Positions 48,371 to 58,854 are shown, counted from the stretch's first letter. The stretch: 64,000 nucleotides of DNA from Candidatus Poribacteria bacterium (GCA_016215705.1 JACRIR010000053.1:11973-75972); one strand, 5' to 3'. Made by a program: numbers and translations. Notes: generated by a model not told the origin, from the letters alone.

Positions 48371-49590
48371 AACCGGACCGAATCATGGGTGTGCGCGGCT
48401 ATCTCTCGGAATATGACATTGTAATCGTCAAGCATACCTACACGCCCACCGGTGGCGCCGAGCAGGAACTATTGCGCTATTTGCTTCCACGGGCGAAATC
48501 GGTCGTCTACGTGAGCCACCCTTTTTCTGATGCGCGCGGTATTCCGCTTAACACTTCCATTGCGATCTATGAACAAGGAGAGAAACGGCGTGAGATAGTT
48601 GCGCCTCTCGTGAAGGGGCCACAGCCGCTGTTTTTTCTGAAGGACGTTCTATTCACACTATGGTATTTGCGGAAGAATTCCCCCTCTCGCGGATTCAGAA
48701 TATACGTCGGCGTGGACAACTTGAATGCCTATACCGGCCTATTGCTGAAGCGGCTCGGAGTGGTCGAACGTGTGATCTACTATGTGATTGACTATGCGCC
48801 GCAGAGATTCAGCAACCGGTTCGGGCAATGGCTTTATCAGGAAGTTGACAAGCGTTGCTGCTACGGATCCGATGCCGTATGGAATGTTTCAGCATCGATG
48901 GAAGAAGCTCGCAAGGAAGCCCGCATCGATGCAAATAGATGCGCTCCCCAATTGGAAGTCCCTCTCGGAAACAGGTATTCGGAAATACAGAAGTTGGCGC
49001 TCGAGAAAAAAGACCCAAACCTGATAGTATTCCTGGGGAGCCTCACTCGAGAGCAGGGGCTCGATCGCGCGATACAGGCTATGCCGGAAATGAAACGCCG
49101 ACTCCCGAACGCAAGATTACGGATAATTGGCGACGGCCCGGAATGCGCCTCGTTGAGAAATCTTGCAGTCGAAAAAGGCGTTTCAGACGCGGTCGAATTC
49201 ATGGGATTCGTTGAGGACGACACTGAAGCGGCGAGGCTGGCGGCCGAGGGCGCTGTCGGGATAGCGCCCTATGTGCAGACCACCGACACATACAAGCGCT
49301 TAGCGGACCCCGGCAAAGTGAAGATATATTTGGCGGCTGGATTGCCGGTTATAATCACGCGCGTGCCGCGCATCGCCGGCCTTATTGAAACAAGGGAGGC
49401 AGGGGTAATCATTGAACCCAATGCCGGCAGCCTGACCGATGCCGTGAACGCGATACTATCATCGCCGGAAAAGCTTCGAAGACTGCGGGCAAATGCCTCT
49501 GAGCTTGGCAAAGAGTACGATTGGGATACGGTTTTTGATCGCGCGCTTGAGCAGACGTTTGAACATTGGAGAGAAAAAAAGTGTGGCTGA
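48358..49590 (+). CDS. Glycosyltransferase family 4
   Basis: FLGSL..QG, IIGDGP, DPGKVKIYLAAGLPV. Confidence 0.88.
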   Translation: METVEPDRIMGVRGYLSEYDIVIVKHTYTPTGGAEQELLRYLLPRAKSVVYVSHPFSDARGIPLNTSIAIYEQGEKRREIVAPLVKGPQPLFFLKDVLFTLWYLRKNSPSRGFRIYVGVDNLNAYTGLLLKRLGVVERVIYYVIDYAPQRFSNRFGQWLYQEVDKRCCYGSDAVWNVSASMEEARKEARIDANRCAPQLEVPLGNRYSEIQKLALEKKDPNLIVFLGSLTREQGLDRAIQAMPEMKRRLPNARLRIIGDGPECASLRNLAVEKGVSDAVEFMGFVEDDTEAARLAAEGAVGIAPYVQTTDTYKRLADPGKVKIYLAAGLPVIITRVPRIAGLIETREAGVIIEPNAGSLTDAVNAILSSPEKLRRLRANASELGKEYDWDTVFDRALEQTFEHWREKKCG

Positions 49591-52006
49591 TGTAGTCACT
49601 GCGAGGCTCAAACAGGCAGAATGCGAGGGAAGCAGGTTTTCTTCCGCGGCCTTGTCCGTGGGTTGTATCCTCGTGTTCGCGGCTGCGAGCGCCTTTGTCT
49701 TTCGGGGGATTTGGAATCCGCTCAATACAATCGAGGGAGCCGATTCATCGCTGTGGCTGCCAATGTTTGTGAAAGAGTGGACGCGGTGGCTGTTTGTGCC
49801 GCGCTGGTTCCCCCATTTCCTCGCCGGCATCCCCCAACAGTTTCAGTTTGTATCACATGCTCTTCCGTTGATGCTGTTGTTGCCGCCGCACAGGTTTCAC
49901 GGGTTCCAGTTCATGTTCGACACGTTCCTTGCGGGCGCATTCATGTACGCATTCCTGCGCGACCGGCGGATGGGTCGTTTCGGCTCGCTCATTGGAGGTC
50001 TGTCGTTTCAACTGGGAAACAGCTTGCTCACGGGCGCGAGGCAGGGAGTAATGTGGAAATTCGACACGGCCTGCTGGGTCCCGCTGTTCCTCCTGTTCTT
50101 CACCCGGATTCTCGATGGACGTCCGAAGCGCTTGTCGAACTGCGCGTTTGCAGGAGCCGCGCTTGGCCTCCAATTCCTTGGCGGCGAAATCCAGTTGGCC
50201 TACTATGTATGCTTGCTCGCGCTCGCGCTGGCGGTATTCGACTCCATTTCACACATCCTGGATAAACGACAAGCCCGGGTCGGCGGCGAAGCGCTCAAAA
50301 TCCTTGGCGAACGTTCACTGTTGGCCGGCCTTTCCGTCGCGATTGCCGTCGTCTTTGCGGCCGAGGTGTTCTGCAGCTACGCAGCCTTTACGCGCGCCCA
50401 AAAGAATGTCGCAGTTCAAACCGAAGAAGACAATTGGCGCTTCGCGACCGAGTTCTCGTTCCATCCTCAAGAAACGCCTTCTCTCGCCCTCACCAACAGG
50501 ATGTTCGAGGGCGGAATTGCCCATATGTCCGCGAAGCGGGATTCTAAAGGTCAGCGAGTGACGCGTATCACGGATGATTATATGGGTGTAGTCGCGATCA
50601 TGTTCGCATTTGTTTCGCTTTTCGCGCCCAAGAGACGGACATATTTTTTTCTGGGCGCGGCTCTTCTGGCGCTTGTAATTTCCTTCGGTCGATACTTTCC
50701 TCCCCCCTATCGTCTTATTTACGCGCTTCCTCTTATGAAAGGCTTTCGGAACCCGCATAAGTGGCTGTTCATCACTGCGGTTTGTGTCCCTGTGCTGGCT
50801 GGTATCGGAGCGGACTATTGGATGAACGCGCCGATGGCGCGAAGCCGCAGAATATTTTGCGCTATATTTCTGTTCTTCCTGCTCATGGCAGGAGTGGCCT
50901 ATGCATCGCCGCGCATTGCCGGGGCCGCCTCGCAGGGGCCACACTTCCCTTCCGCTGTTCGGAATCCGATGACCATTCTCGCGCTGGCATCCATCGCGGG
51001 CATTATGGGTAGGATGAAGAAGGCGAGAGGATCGAAGTTTGTCGGAGGCATCATCTCGTTCGTGCTCATTATTCTGCTTGCGGGTGACCTCATCGCAAAC
51101 GGCTCAAGGTTTATCTTCTACTATGATTACCCTTCAAGATATGTCAACGACGATTTGATACAATGGTTCCGGGACAGGCCCAAACCGTTTCGTGTGAAAC
51201 TCTGGGCGGAGAGCCTGTACTTGCGAAACATGGTGACGGAGACGCTCCCTTATTATGGAATCGACGTCGTTGACGTCATCATGTCGAGGCGTCCGGAAAG
51301 ATACTCGGAAATGCTTCGGGCGGTCAGGAAAGGACATCTGCCGCTGGACAGGTTCCTCCAGCTTTTGAACGTTCGATACGTCCTGTCAGCGGCCCCGGTT
51401 CAAGGAGCAGGCATCTCCCTGACTCCATTGACTGTCCCAAGAACCGGCCTGAATCCGATTATGTCTCCCGATTCCTATGAGGTCTATGAGGTCACTGATT
51501 TCATGCCGCGCGCCTACGTGGTGGACAAGTTTGAGACAGCAACCCCCGAGAGGACACTCGGTACGCTCGCAAGACCGGATTTTGACTTGCGCCGGACCGT
51601 CGTGCTCGAGAAACAGCCTGATCTTATCGAGAAGAATAATACGAGCAAGCATGACGAGGGCAAGGTCGAATGGAACATCGAAAGCTTCTCGCAAGCGCCT
51701 CAGCGTGTGAGCATGCGTGTCACCGTGAACAGGCCCGCCCTTCTGGTGCTTGAAGACTTCTTCGACGAGAATTGGCATGGCCGGGTTGACACTCAAGAGG
51801 TCGAAGTTCTGCGAGCGAATTATTTAATGCGCGCGGTTGTGGTTCCCAAGGGAACACATTCGGTCGTGTTTACATACATGCCTGCGGTCTGGGGATTCGC
51901 GCTGACGATTACAGGGTGGGTTTTGCTGGCAGTGATAGCGGCCTCACAAGCGATACGGTTCTTGGTTAGTGGGATTTTTCAAGGAGACGACGTGAAAAGG
52001 GCATGA
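49583..52006 (+). CDS. YfhO-family GT-C membrane protein
   Basis: Many TMs, W.P...AG.P, YMG, FRNP, C-terminal VLRANYLMRAVVVPKGTHSVVFTY. GTG start overlaps the upstream gene end. Confidence 0.85.
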   Translation: MADVVTARLKQAECEGSRFSSAALSVGCILVFAAASAFVFRGIWNPLNTIEGADSSLWLPMFVKEWTRWLFVPRWFPHFLAGIPQQFQFVSHALPLMLLLPPHRFHGFQFMFDTFLAGAFMYAFLRDRRMGRFGSLIGGLSFQLGNSLLTGARQGVMWKFDTACWVPLFLLFFTRILDGRPKRLSNCAFAGAALGLQFLGGEIQLAYYVCLLALALAVFDSISHILDKRQARVGGEALKILGERSLLAGLSVAIAVVFAAEVFCSYAAFTRAQKNVAVQTEEDNWRFATEFSFHPQETPSLALTNRMFEGGIAHMSAKRDSKGQRVTRITDDYMGVVAIMFAFVSLFAPKRRTYFFLGAALLALVISFGRYFPPPYRLIYALPLMKGFRNPHKWLFITAVCVPVLAGIGADYWMNAPMARSRRIFCAIFLFFLLMAGVAYASPRIAGAASQGPHFPSAVRNPMTILALASIAGIMGRMKKARGSKFVGGIISFVLIILLAGDLIANGSRFIFYYDYPSRYVNDDLIQWFRDRPKPFRVKLWAESLYLRNMVTETLPYYGIDVVDVIMSRRPERYSEMLRAVRKGHLPLDRFLQLLNVRYVLSAAPVQGAGISLTPLTVPRTGLNPIMSPDSYEVYEVTDFMPRAYVVDKFETATPERTLGTLARPDFDLRRTVVLEKQPDLIEKNNTSKHDEGKVEWNIESFSQAPQRVSMRVTVNRPALLVLEDFFDENWHGRVDTQEVEVLRANYLMRAVVVPKGTHSVVFTYMPAVWGFALTITGWVLLAVIAASQAIRFLVSGIFQGDDVKRA

Positions 52007-52584
52007 AACTCAACCTCGGCTGTGGAAACAAGAAACTGCCCCTCTATGTCAACGTGGATATTGTGCATTCAAGAGCGGTGGACGTTGTCGCGGACCTGAA
52101 TCGCGCTCCATTCCCGTTCAAGAATGATTCCTTCGAGGAGGTTCTGTGCGACCACGTTCTTGCGCACATGGACAACTTCCACAGAACGATTATGGAAATA
52201 GTTCGTATAACCAAGGATGGCGGAAAACTGCGTGTGTTCGCAAGCTATTTCCCCTCGACAAAGTGGTTCGGCGATCCCGACCACAAAATTCCCTTCGGTT
52301 GGCGGACATTCGACGGCTACACGAAGCTGGTCGACGAACCGAAGTTCTACGAGAAATGGAAACTGCAACATGCGACCAACTATGGCGCCGGCTTTCCGTT
52401 CATAATGGAAAAACGGTGGTTCGTATTCTCAAACTTCAAGGCAATCAAATGGATCGGCCACATAATCAATCTCTTCCCGGCCGTCTACGATGCCTTTTTC
52501 TGTCATTGGCTGCCAGCGAGCGAAGTGTGTTTTGTCTTGAGGGTCGATAAGCGCTCGCTGGACGTTAGACCGGCGCAACGCTGA
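52003..52584 (+). CDS. Small class I SAM-dependent methyltransferase
   Basis: KLNLGCG, VNVD, DL...FPF, HVLAH, DPDH. Confidence 0.88.
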   Translation: MKLNLGCGNKKLPLYVNVDIVHSRAVDVVADLNRAPFPFKNDSFEEVLCDHVLAHMDNFHRTIMEIVRITKDGGKLRVFASYFPSTKWFGDPDHKIPFGWRTFDGYTKLVDEPKFYEKWKLQHATNYGAGFPFIMEKRWFVFSNFKAIKWIGHIINLFPAVYDAFFCHWLPASEVCFVLRVDKRSLDVRPAQR

Positions 52585-52595
52585 TATGATAGAAT
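52566..52595 (+). promoter_or_regulatory. Possible internal sigma70 promoter
   Basis: TAGACC-18-TAGAAT with TG extension, just before the 52632 gene. Confidence 0.35.
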
Positions 52596-52631
52596 GAGGT
52601 TCGGCGTGATAGCTTAACGGTATAGGGAACC

Positions 52632-53759
52632 ATGGGTTACAAGATTCTTGTTTTCAACTGGAGAGACATAAAGAACCCTGAAGCGGGCGGCGCAGAGGTC
52701 AACTTCCAGGAGATATTCAAGAGACTGGTGGAACGAGGCCACCAGGTCACTCTGGTTTCGAGCCGACACAACCAAAGCTTCCCCGAGGAAGAGTGGATAG
52801 ACGGGATTCGGATTATCAGGCGCGGAAACCGCCACACGTTCAACTACACGGTTCCCAAAGTGTATAAGCGCGAGTTCACCCGGGCGTCGATAGACATTGT
52901 TGTGGACGATCTCAACAAAATCCCGTTCTACACGCCCTTGTACGTGCGCCATCCGCTCTTTGTCATGGTGCACCATCTGCATGGGACGTCAACGTATGGC
53001 GACGCTTTCTTGCCGGCGGCGATCTACGTGCACTTAATGGAAAGGATGATCCCCTTGTTCTACAGGGGAGTCCCTTTCATAGCCGTAAGCGAGAGCACGA
53101 AATCGGAACTCGTCCGGATGGGGCTTAATGCTCAGGATGTCCGGATAATCCATAACGGCGTCGATCATGACAGCTACACGCCCGATAGCTCGGCGCAGTC
53201 GCGCGAACCGCTCATAGTATGTGTCACTCGGTTGAAGAAATATAAAGGAGCGCATATTCTCCTGCGGGCGATGGAGGCCGTTAAGAAGGAAATACCAGGG
53301 GCGAGATTGGTGATCACGGGGCGAGGGGACTATGAGCCGAAGCTCCGCGAGCTCACGAGAAACCTGCATCTGAACGGATGCGTGGAGTTTGCTGGTTTTG
53401 TCACAACCAAACAGAAAGTGGACCTATATCGGCGGGCGCACGTGGTTGTGAACCCCTCGGCGAAGGAAGGCTGGGGATTGACTGTGATCGAAGCCAACGC
53501 CTGCGGCGCCCCTGTAGTCGCCGCTGACGCGCCCGGCCTCACAGAATCGGTCCTTCCTGAAGACACAGGATTGCTCTATCCTCACAGCGACGTCAAGGCG
53601 CTCTCGAAGGCAATCATTCGGCTCCTTAAGGACAAAGATTTGCGAGAACGCCTGGCGGCGAGAAGCATACAATGGGCGAAGGATTTCACGTGGCAGAAGG
53701 CGACACAAGAGGTCGAAGCCTTCATGGAACAGGTAATAAGCAGGCGGACCGGAAGATAG
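52632..53759 (+). CDS. Glycosyltransferase family 4
   Basis: NWRD..NPEAGGAE, RLKKYKG, EGWGLTVIEA. Confidence 0.93.
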   Translation: MGYKILVFNWRDIKNPEAGGAEVNFQEIFKRLVERGHQVTLVSSRHNQSFPEEEWIDGIRIIRRGNRHTFNYTVPKVYKREFTRASIDIVVDDLNKIPFYTPLYVRHPLFVMVHHLHGTSTYGDAFLPAAIYVHLMERMIPLFYRGVPFIAVSESTKSELVRMGLNAQDVRIIHNGVDHDSYTPDSSAQSREPLIVCVTRLKKYKGAHILLRAMEAVKKEIPGARLVITGRGDYEPKLRELTRNLHLNGCVEFAGFVTTKQKVDLYRRAHVVVNPSAKEGWGLTVIEANACGAPVVAADAPGLTESVLPEDTGLLYPHSDVKALSKAIIRLLKDKDLRERLAARSIQWAKDFTWQKATQEVEAFMEQVISRRTGR

Positions 53760-53797
53760 AGATAGGAATGACGAGACGCGGTCGCGGGAAGAACTCC

Positions 53798-54514
53798 ATG
53801 GAAGCCCTTGTGGTAGTTCCTACTCTCAACGAGCGGGAGAACCTCGAGAAGTTGATTCCCGCAATACTGGCGGTCGACAACGGGCTGGACGTGCTCGTGG
53901 TCGACGACAACTCTTCCGACGGCACGGGCACGGTGGCCGACCAATTCGCGCTTGAGACGGGGCGGGTGCACGTGCTTCATCGACCCATGAGAATGGGGCT
54001 CGGCTCGGCTTACGTTGACGGATTCAAGTACGCGGTCAAGAGCACAAACGCGCGATACGTCATGGAGATGGACTCCGACTTTTCACACGACCCTAAATAC
54101 ATTCCGGATTTTCTTCAGGCAATCCGGGAAGCCGATCTTGTCGTCGGTTCTCGCTATTTGAAGGGCATAAGCATAGTCAATTGGCCTCTGAACAGACTCA
54201 TCATAAGCAAGATCGGAAACTGGTATGCGCGAAGCATCACCGGGCTCCATCTCACGGACATGACCGCAGGATTCAAGTGTTTCCGGAGAGAAGTGCTCGA
54301 GAAACTGGACCTCGACGGCATTCACTCCAACGGCTATTCCTTTCAAATCGAGATGACATACAACGTCTGGAAAAAAGGTTTCCGCGTCAAAGAGGTTCCC
54401 ATCATTTTTGTCGATCGCGCGGTGGGCGAATCAAAGATTACCTACGGAATAGTGTGGGAAGCGATTTGGCGCGTGTGGGCCCTCAGGTTCAAGAATATGT
54501 TCGGGGGCAAATGA
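53798..54514 (+). CDS. Polyprenol monophosphomannose synthase (Ppm1/DPM1-like GT2)
   Basis: PTLNERENL, DDNSSDGT, GLGSAY..GF, MDSDFSHDP, GSRY, GYSFQIE, FVDRAVGESK. Confidence 0.9.
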   Translation: MEALVVVPTLNERENLEKLIPAILAVDNGLDVLVVDDNSSDGTGTVADQFALETGRVHVLHRPMRMGLGSAYVDGFKYAVKSTNARYVMEMDSDFSHDPKYIPDFLQAIREADLVVGSRYLKGISIVNWPLNRLIISKIGNWYARSITGLHLTDMTAGFKCFRREVLEKLDLDGIHSNGYSFQIEMTYNVWKKGFRVKEVPIIFVDRAVGESKITYGIVWEAIWRVWALRFKNMFGGK

Positions 54515-55587
54515 CGGCCTTTCACGATTATCTCAAATATGTCCGGGGCAACGCGCTTTTTCAGGTCATATACCACGTCACGCGAAAGTGCAACTCACGG
54601 TGCGTGTCGTGTTTCACCTGGCAGAGGACGACGGTCGACACACCCGAGCTCAGCCTCGAAGAACTCGAGAAGATTTCATCGACAATGCCCGAATTTCCTT
54701 GGCTGCTGCTGTCGGGCGGAGAACCATTCCTGCGAAGTGACCTCCCCGAAATCGTTTCGACCCTTTATCAGAACAACAAAGTCCGCCATGTGACCCTGCC
54801 GACAAACGCGCTCCTGCCGGAAAAAATACGCGCGATGACGGAAAAGATATGCCTCTCGGCCAAAGAGGCGACACTCAACCTCGTTCTTTCCATTGACGGC
54901 ATCGGGCCTGAGCACGACCGCCTCAGAGGATGCCCGGGCAACTTCGAGGCGCTCATGAAAACGTGGAAACTGGTCAGGCCGCTCAGGGCTGAAGCGCCAA
55001 ACCTCTCCGTGAAATTCCACACAGTCTTGAGCAGTCTCAATTATACGCGATTTGATGAGATAAAAAGTTTCGTTGAGAAGCTTGAGCCGGACCTGCATAC
55101 GTTCGATTTCCTGAGAGGCGAGCCGGCGGAAGCTTCGTTGACGCTTCCGCCGGAGGAAACCCTTCCACAGCTTGCCGGAAAGATAAAGGCTGTTCTCCGT
55201 CAATACGGCGGATACGAACGCCTGCGGAAACACCACTCTCTCCTCAAGACGGTGTACGAAGCGGTCGTCGAAGACTACTACGACCAGTTTCTGAGAATAA
55301 GGCGGGAGAAAAGGCAGACCATACCGTGCGTGGGCGACCGGATGACGCTTGTGCTGGGGGCGTCGGGCGAGGCCTCGCTGTGCGAGATGCTTCCATCATT
55401 TGCATCTTTCCGGGACTGCAATTATGATTTCGATTCGCTGTGGAATAGCGAAGCATCGAAGAAAATGCGGAGGGACGTGTCGGCGGGAAAGTGTTATTGC
55501 TATCATCCCTGCTATCAAACGATTAACGTGCTTTTCCGACCGACAAGCGTTCTGCGCGCGCTCGCCAAAAGAGCCATAAGCAGTTGA
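54511..55587 (+). CDS. Radical SAM protein with C-terminal Cys-rich (SPASM/twitch-like) domain
   Basis: CNSRCVSC, SGGEPFLR, SIDG...HDRLRG, C-terminal C..G...LCE...CYCYHPC. ATGA overlap at 54511. Confidence 0.88.
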   Translation: MTAFHDYLKYVRGNALFQVIYHVTRKCNSRCVSCFTWQRTTVDTPELSLEELEKISSTMPEFPWLLLSGGEPFLRSDLPEIVSTLYQNNKVRHVTLPTNALLPEKIRAMTEKICLSAKEATLNLVLSIDGIGPEHDRLRGCPGNFEALMKTWKLVRPLRAEAPNLSVKFHTVLSSLNYTRFDEIKSFVEKLEPDLHTFDFLRGEPAEASLTLPPEETLPQLAGKIKAVLRQYGGYERLRKHHSLLKTVYEAVVEDYYDQFLRIRREKRQTIPCVGDRMTLVLGASGEASLCEMLPSFASFRDCNYDFDSLWNSEASKKMRRDVSAGKCYCYHPCYQTINVLFRPTSVLRALAKRAISS

Positions 55588-55649
55588 ACCGGTTCCGGCC
55601 CACAGGAATTCTTTTCATGACACCATCGCAAGGCTAGGATACATCCGAG

Positions 55650-56729
55650 ATGATGATCATTGCGACCTTTCTCTTCTTTGCTATTCTGGCGTACATGGCG
55701 TTTCTTATGGCGGGCTACGCGGCGCTGCTCAGGCGCCTCACTAAGGGAAAGCCGCTGGCGCGGGTCCAACAAACGCCGCCGGTGTCGGTAGTAGTTCCCG
55801 CATTCAACGAGGAAAAGAACATTGGACGAAAAATCGACGACCTGCTCTCACAGGAATACCCATCCGACAAACTCGAAGTACTGGTTGTCAACAACGCCTC
55901 AACGGACAGAACTCGTGAGGTAGCGTCCTCGTATCCCGTCACTGTCCTCGATTCTCCGCGTGGGAAGATAAACGCTATCAATGAGGGAATCAGAAAAGCG
56001 AGGTCTGAGTTGGTCGTGGTGACGGACGCCGACACCATCCTCAAGCGCGACGCCCTCAAATCGCTTGTAACATGTTTCGCCCGCGACGAAGTGGGCGCGG
56101 TCGGAGGAACGGCTGTCGTCGAGGACACCCGTTCCTTTTTCGGGCGGAGCAAGGAAAAGTACCACAAGGCCGACTGGGAACTGCGCGCCCTCGAGGGAAA
56201 GCTCGACAGCGTGATAAGCCTGGACGGCAAATTGATGGCGTTCCGAAAGAGCCTCTTGCCGGAGATTCCTCCCGACGCGGTGGTGGATGATCTGGAGATC
56301 AATTTCCGCCTGCGTGCGCAAGGCTACCGCTCGGTGATTGACGACCACGCCGTTGCTTACGAGACGGGCCCACAGTCCCTCGCGGCGGAACTCAAACAGA
56401 TACGGCGCAGGGTGGCCCTTACAATTCCGGTCCTGTTCCAATATATACATATGCTGTTGAATCCGAAGTACGGATGGTTCGGGATGCTGATCTTTCCCGT
56501 GAGGCGGATGCTGGCGGTTTTCTCTCCGCTTATGCTGGCTTATCTGGCCGCTTTTGTTTTGTACTGGAATTGGAGAGTGGCGCTTGCGCTCGCTATTGTC
56601 GGATGTCCGGCGCTGCTGATCACTGGGCAGTATTTCCCCCTCATACAGCAGATCGGCATCGTCCTCGGTTGGCTGGATGTGCTGACGTCGCGAGTGAGGG
56701 CGTCGGGACAATGGGAGAAAATCAATTAG
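55650..56729 (+). CDS. Membrane GT2 (CESA/PgaC-like)
   Basis: VPAFNEE, TDAD, VDD, QIRRR (QxxRW-like), N- and C-terminal TMs. Confidence 0.88.
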   Translation: MMIIATFLFFAILAYMAFLMAGYAALLRRLTKGKPLARVQQTPPVSVVVPAFNEEKNIGRKIDDLLSQEYPSDKLEVLVVNNASTDRTREVASSYPVTVLDSPRGKINAINEGIRKARSELVVVTDADTILKRDALKSLVTCFARDEVGAVGGTAVVEDTRSFFGRSKEKYHKADWELRALEGKLDSVISLDGKLMAFRKSLLPEIPPDAVVDDLEINFRLRAQGYRSVIDDHAVAYETGPQSLAAELKQIRRRVALTIPVLFQYIHMLLNPKYGWFGMLIFPVRRMLAVFSPLMLAYLAAFVLYWNWRVALALAIVGCPALLITGQYFPLIQQIGIVLGWLDVLTSRVRASGQWEKIN

Positions 56730-56757
56730 CTTAACCACGCCTGACGAAGCCGTTGGC

Positions 56758-58854
56758 GTGGACGGCGCTGCTCAGAATGACAGGCAGGTTCCGCTAATGA
56801 AAACCGCCCTCGTTAACAAAGAGACCGCGCATAACCTTGCGCCGGCTTTATTGGCGTTAGCCATTTCCCTCACCATTTATGCCTTCACCCTCGCGCCTAC
56901 GATAACCTTCGGAGACTCGGGAGAACTTGTGACGGCGGCCGCCACGCTCGGAGTCGCGCATCCTCCCGGTTATCCTCTTTGGCTGCTTATCGCGAAAGTC
57001 TTTACATTGCTTCCCATAAGCACGGCGGCATATCGCGTGAACCTGATGTCGGCGATATGCGGCGCGGCGGCAGTCGGCCTTCTTACATGCGTCATATCAA
57101 AAACGATTCCGTTGGTCTGCAGCCGAATCACTCCCACCGTCCCGCCCGAGTCTCGCCTATACGCCGGAATGACGGGACTAGCCTCGACTGCGGCGGCGCT
57201 TTCTCTTGCGTTTTCGCCCACATTCTGGCAGCAGTCCGTGATCGCAGAAGTCTATGCGCTCAATAATCTCCTTTTCTGCGTCATCCTCTTGCTCCTTGCT
57301 CTATGGGGAGAAACGCCACAGAAGAGCGGTTACCTGTTTTCCGCGGCGTTTCTGTTTGGGGCGGGGCAAGCGAACCATCAGACGCTGGCGCTCATGGCTC
57401 CGGCAATCCTGATCTACGTATTCCTCATCAGACCACGAACTGCCTTCTCGCCGCGCATTGTGGCCGGATGTCTCTTTCTGCTTCTGCTGGGCCTTTGCCT
57501 TTACCTTTACCTGCCGCTCAGCGCTTCGGCGCGTCCGCCGCTCAACTGGGGGAATCCGTCATCGTGGGATTCCTTCTGGTTCCACGTACTGCGGAAGCAA
57601 TACCGCAGTCTTAAGGTGGTGAGGCCGCTCTCTGTCTTCATCCCGCAAGTGAAGTTCTTCTTTGTCTCTGTCGCGAAAGAATCTCTCCCTTTGATTCTCG
57701 CGGTTCCGGCCTTGGCCATCGGCCTCTTTGCCCGCAAAGAGGGAAAGACGTGGATCATTTTCACGGCTGCGGCGTTCGTTTGCACAGGGGTTTTGTTCGT
57801 TATCATTGCCAATACGGAACTGGACCTAAACGCGCAGGACCTTCTGAAAATCTATTTCCTGCCGCCGTTCATTCTTGTCGCCGCGTGCGTCGGATATGGG
57901 ATCAGCTTTGTGAACTTATTGTTGCTGAGAGTCGCCAAGAAACTGGGCTGGACAGAAACGGCAGCCGCAGCCGGGATGTCTCTGTGGCTCTTGTTGCCCG
58001 CAAGCAATCTGTTCCTGAACTACAAGGATGCGAGCATGCGAGGCCACGATTTCGGCGCTCTTTACGGTGACATGCTCATGGAAAGCCTCAAGGAGAATGC
58101 CGTCCTCCTCAGCGGGACAGATTCGGCATACGCGATTCCCATGTACATGAAGTGGGTGGAGAACAAGAGGCCGGACATTGCGATTCTCAGTGTAAACAGG
58201 CTTGCCGATTCCAATTATCTGCCAGAAGCCGCGCGGAATGCGCCCGGCCTTTCATTTCTGACTTCTCAAGACTATGGCGAGGCATTCTCACTTCACGGTC
58301 GCGCCGGGGCAGCCGGAAGCGGCGGAGTGTACGGCGCACACGCGATAGTGCGCATCAATGGATACCTCATCAGCAAGCTCCTCGAGCGCAATATATCGGC
58401 GAGGCCTATGTACTATGATGAGGGCATGCACATCGACTGGATACATGATTTCGCGATTCCTTCCGGCCTCGTAATGGAACTGAGCGAGAAGAGGATTGAA
58501 TCATTATCGGCGGAGACAGTTCTCAGCGATACTGCCTTTTGGGACTCGATAGAGAAGAAACTGACTGACAACGACGCGTTTGAGGTCGACATTGCCGCGC
58601 GCCAGAAATTCTCGAAGTGTCGCTCGAATATAGGGGCTCTCTACGTCCACCGCAGGATGTACTCCGAAGCAGAGGCCGCGCTCAGACAAGCTATTCGCAT
58701 ATCCGGCAGAAACATAGAGGCATATGCCCTGCTTGCCGTCATGTACGGGCGGCAGGGTAAGCACGAGGAATCAATTAGGATATTTGAAGAGTATTTGCGG
58801 CTCGATCCGTGGAATACAAGCGCCCGGGAGTTTGCGCGCTCACTCAAGCAATGA
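56758..58854 (+). CDS. DUF2723 (TMEM260-like) membrane protein with C-terminal TPR
   Basis: TLAPTITFGDSGEL...LGVAHPPGYPL, AEVYAL, NH, YLYLPL, NWGNP, C-terminal TPRs. Confidence 0.9.
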   Translation: MDGAAQNDRQVPLMKTALVNKETAHNLAPALLALAISLTIYAFTLAPTITFGDSGELVTAAATLGVAHPPGYPLWLLIAKVFTLLPISTAAYRVNLMSAICGAAAVGLLTCVISKTIPLVCSRITPTVPPESRLYAGMTGLASTAAALSLAFSPTFWQQSVIAEVYALNNLLFCVILLLLALWGETPQKSGYLFSAAFLFGAGQANHQTLALMAPAILIYVFLIRPRTAFSPRIVAGCLFLLLLGLCLYLYLPLSASARPPLNWGNPSSWDSFWFHVLRKQYRSLKVVRPLSVFIPQVKFFFVSVAKESLPLILAVPALAIGLFARKEGKTWIIFTAAAFVCTGVLFVIIANTELDLNAQDLLKIYFLPPFILVAACVGYGISFVNLLLLRVAKKLGWTETAAAAGMSLWLLLPASNLFLNYKDASMRGHDFGALYGDMLMESLKENAVLLSGTDSAYAIPMYMKWVENKRPDIAILSVNRLADSNYLPEAARNAPGLSFLTSQDYGEAFSLHGRAGAAGSGGVYGAHAIVRINGYLISKLLERNISARPMYYDEGMHIDWIHDFAIPSGLVMELSEKRIESLSAETVLSDTAFWDSIEKKLTDNDAFEVDIAARQKFSKCRSNIGALYVHRRMYSEAEAALRQAIRISGRNIEAYALLAVMYGRQGKHEESIRIFEEYLRLDPWNTSAREFARSLKQ

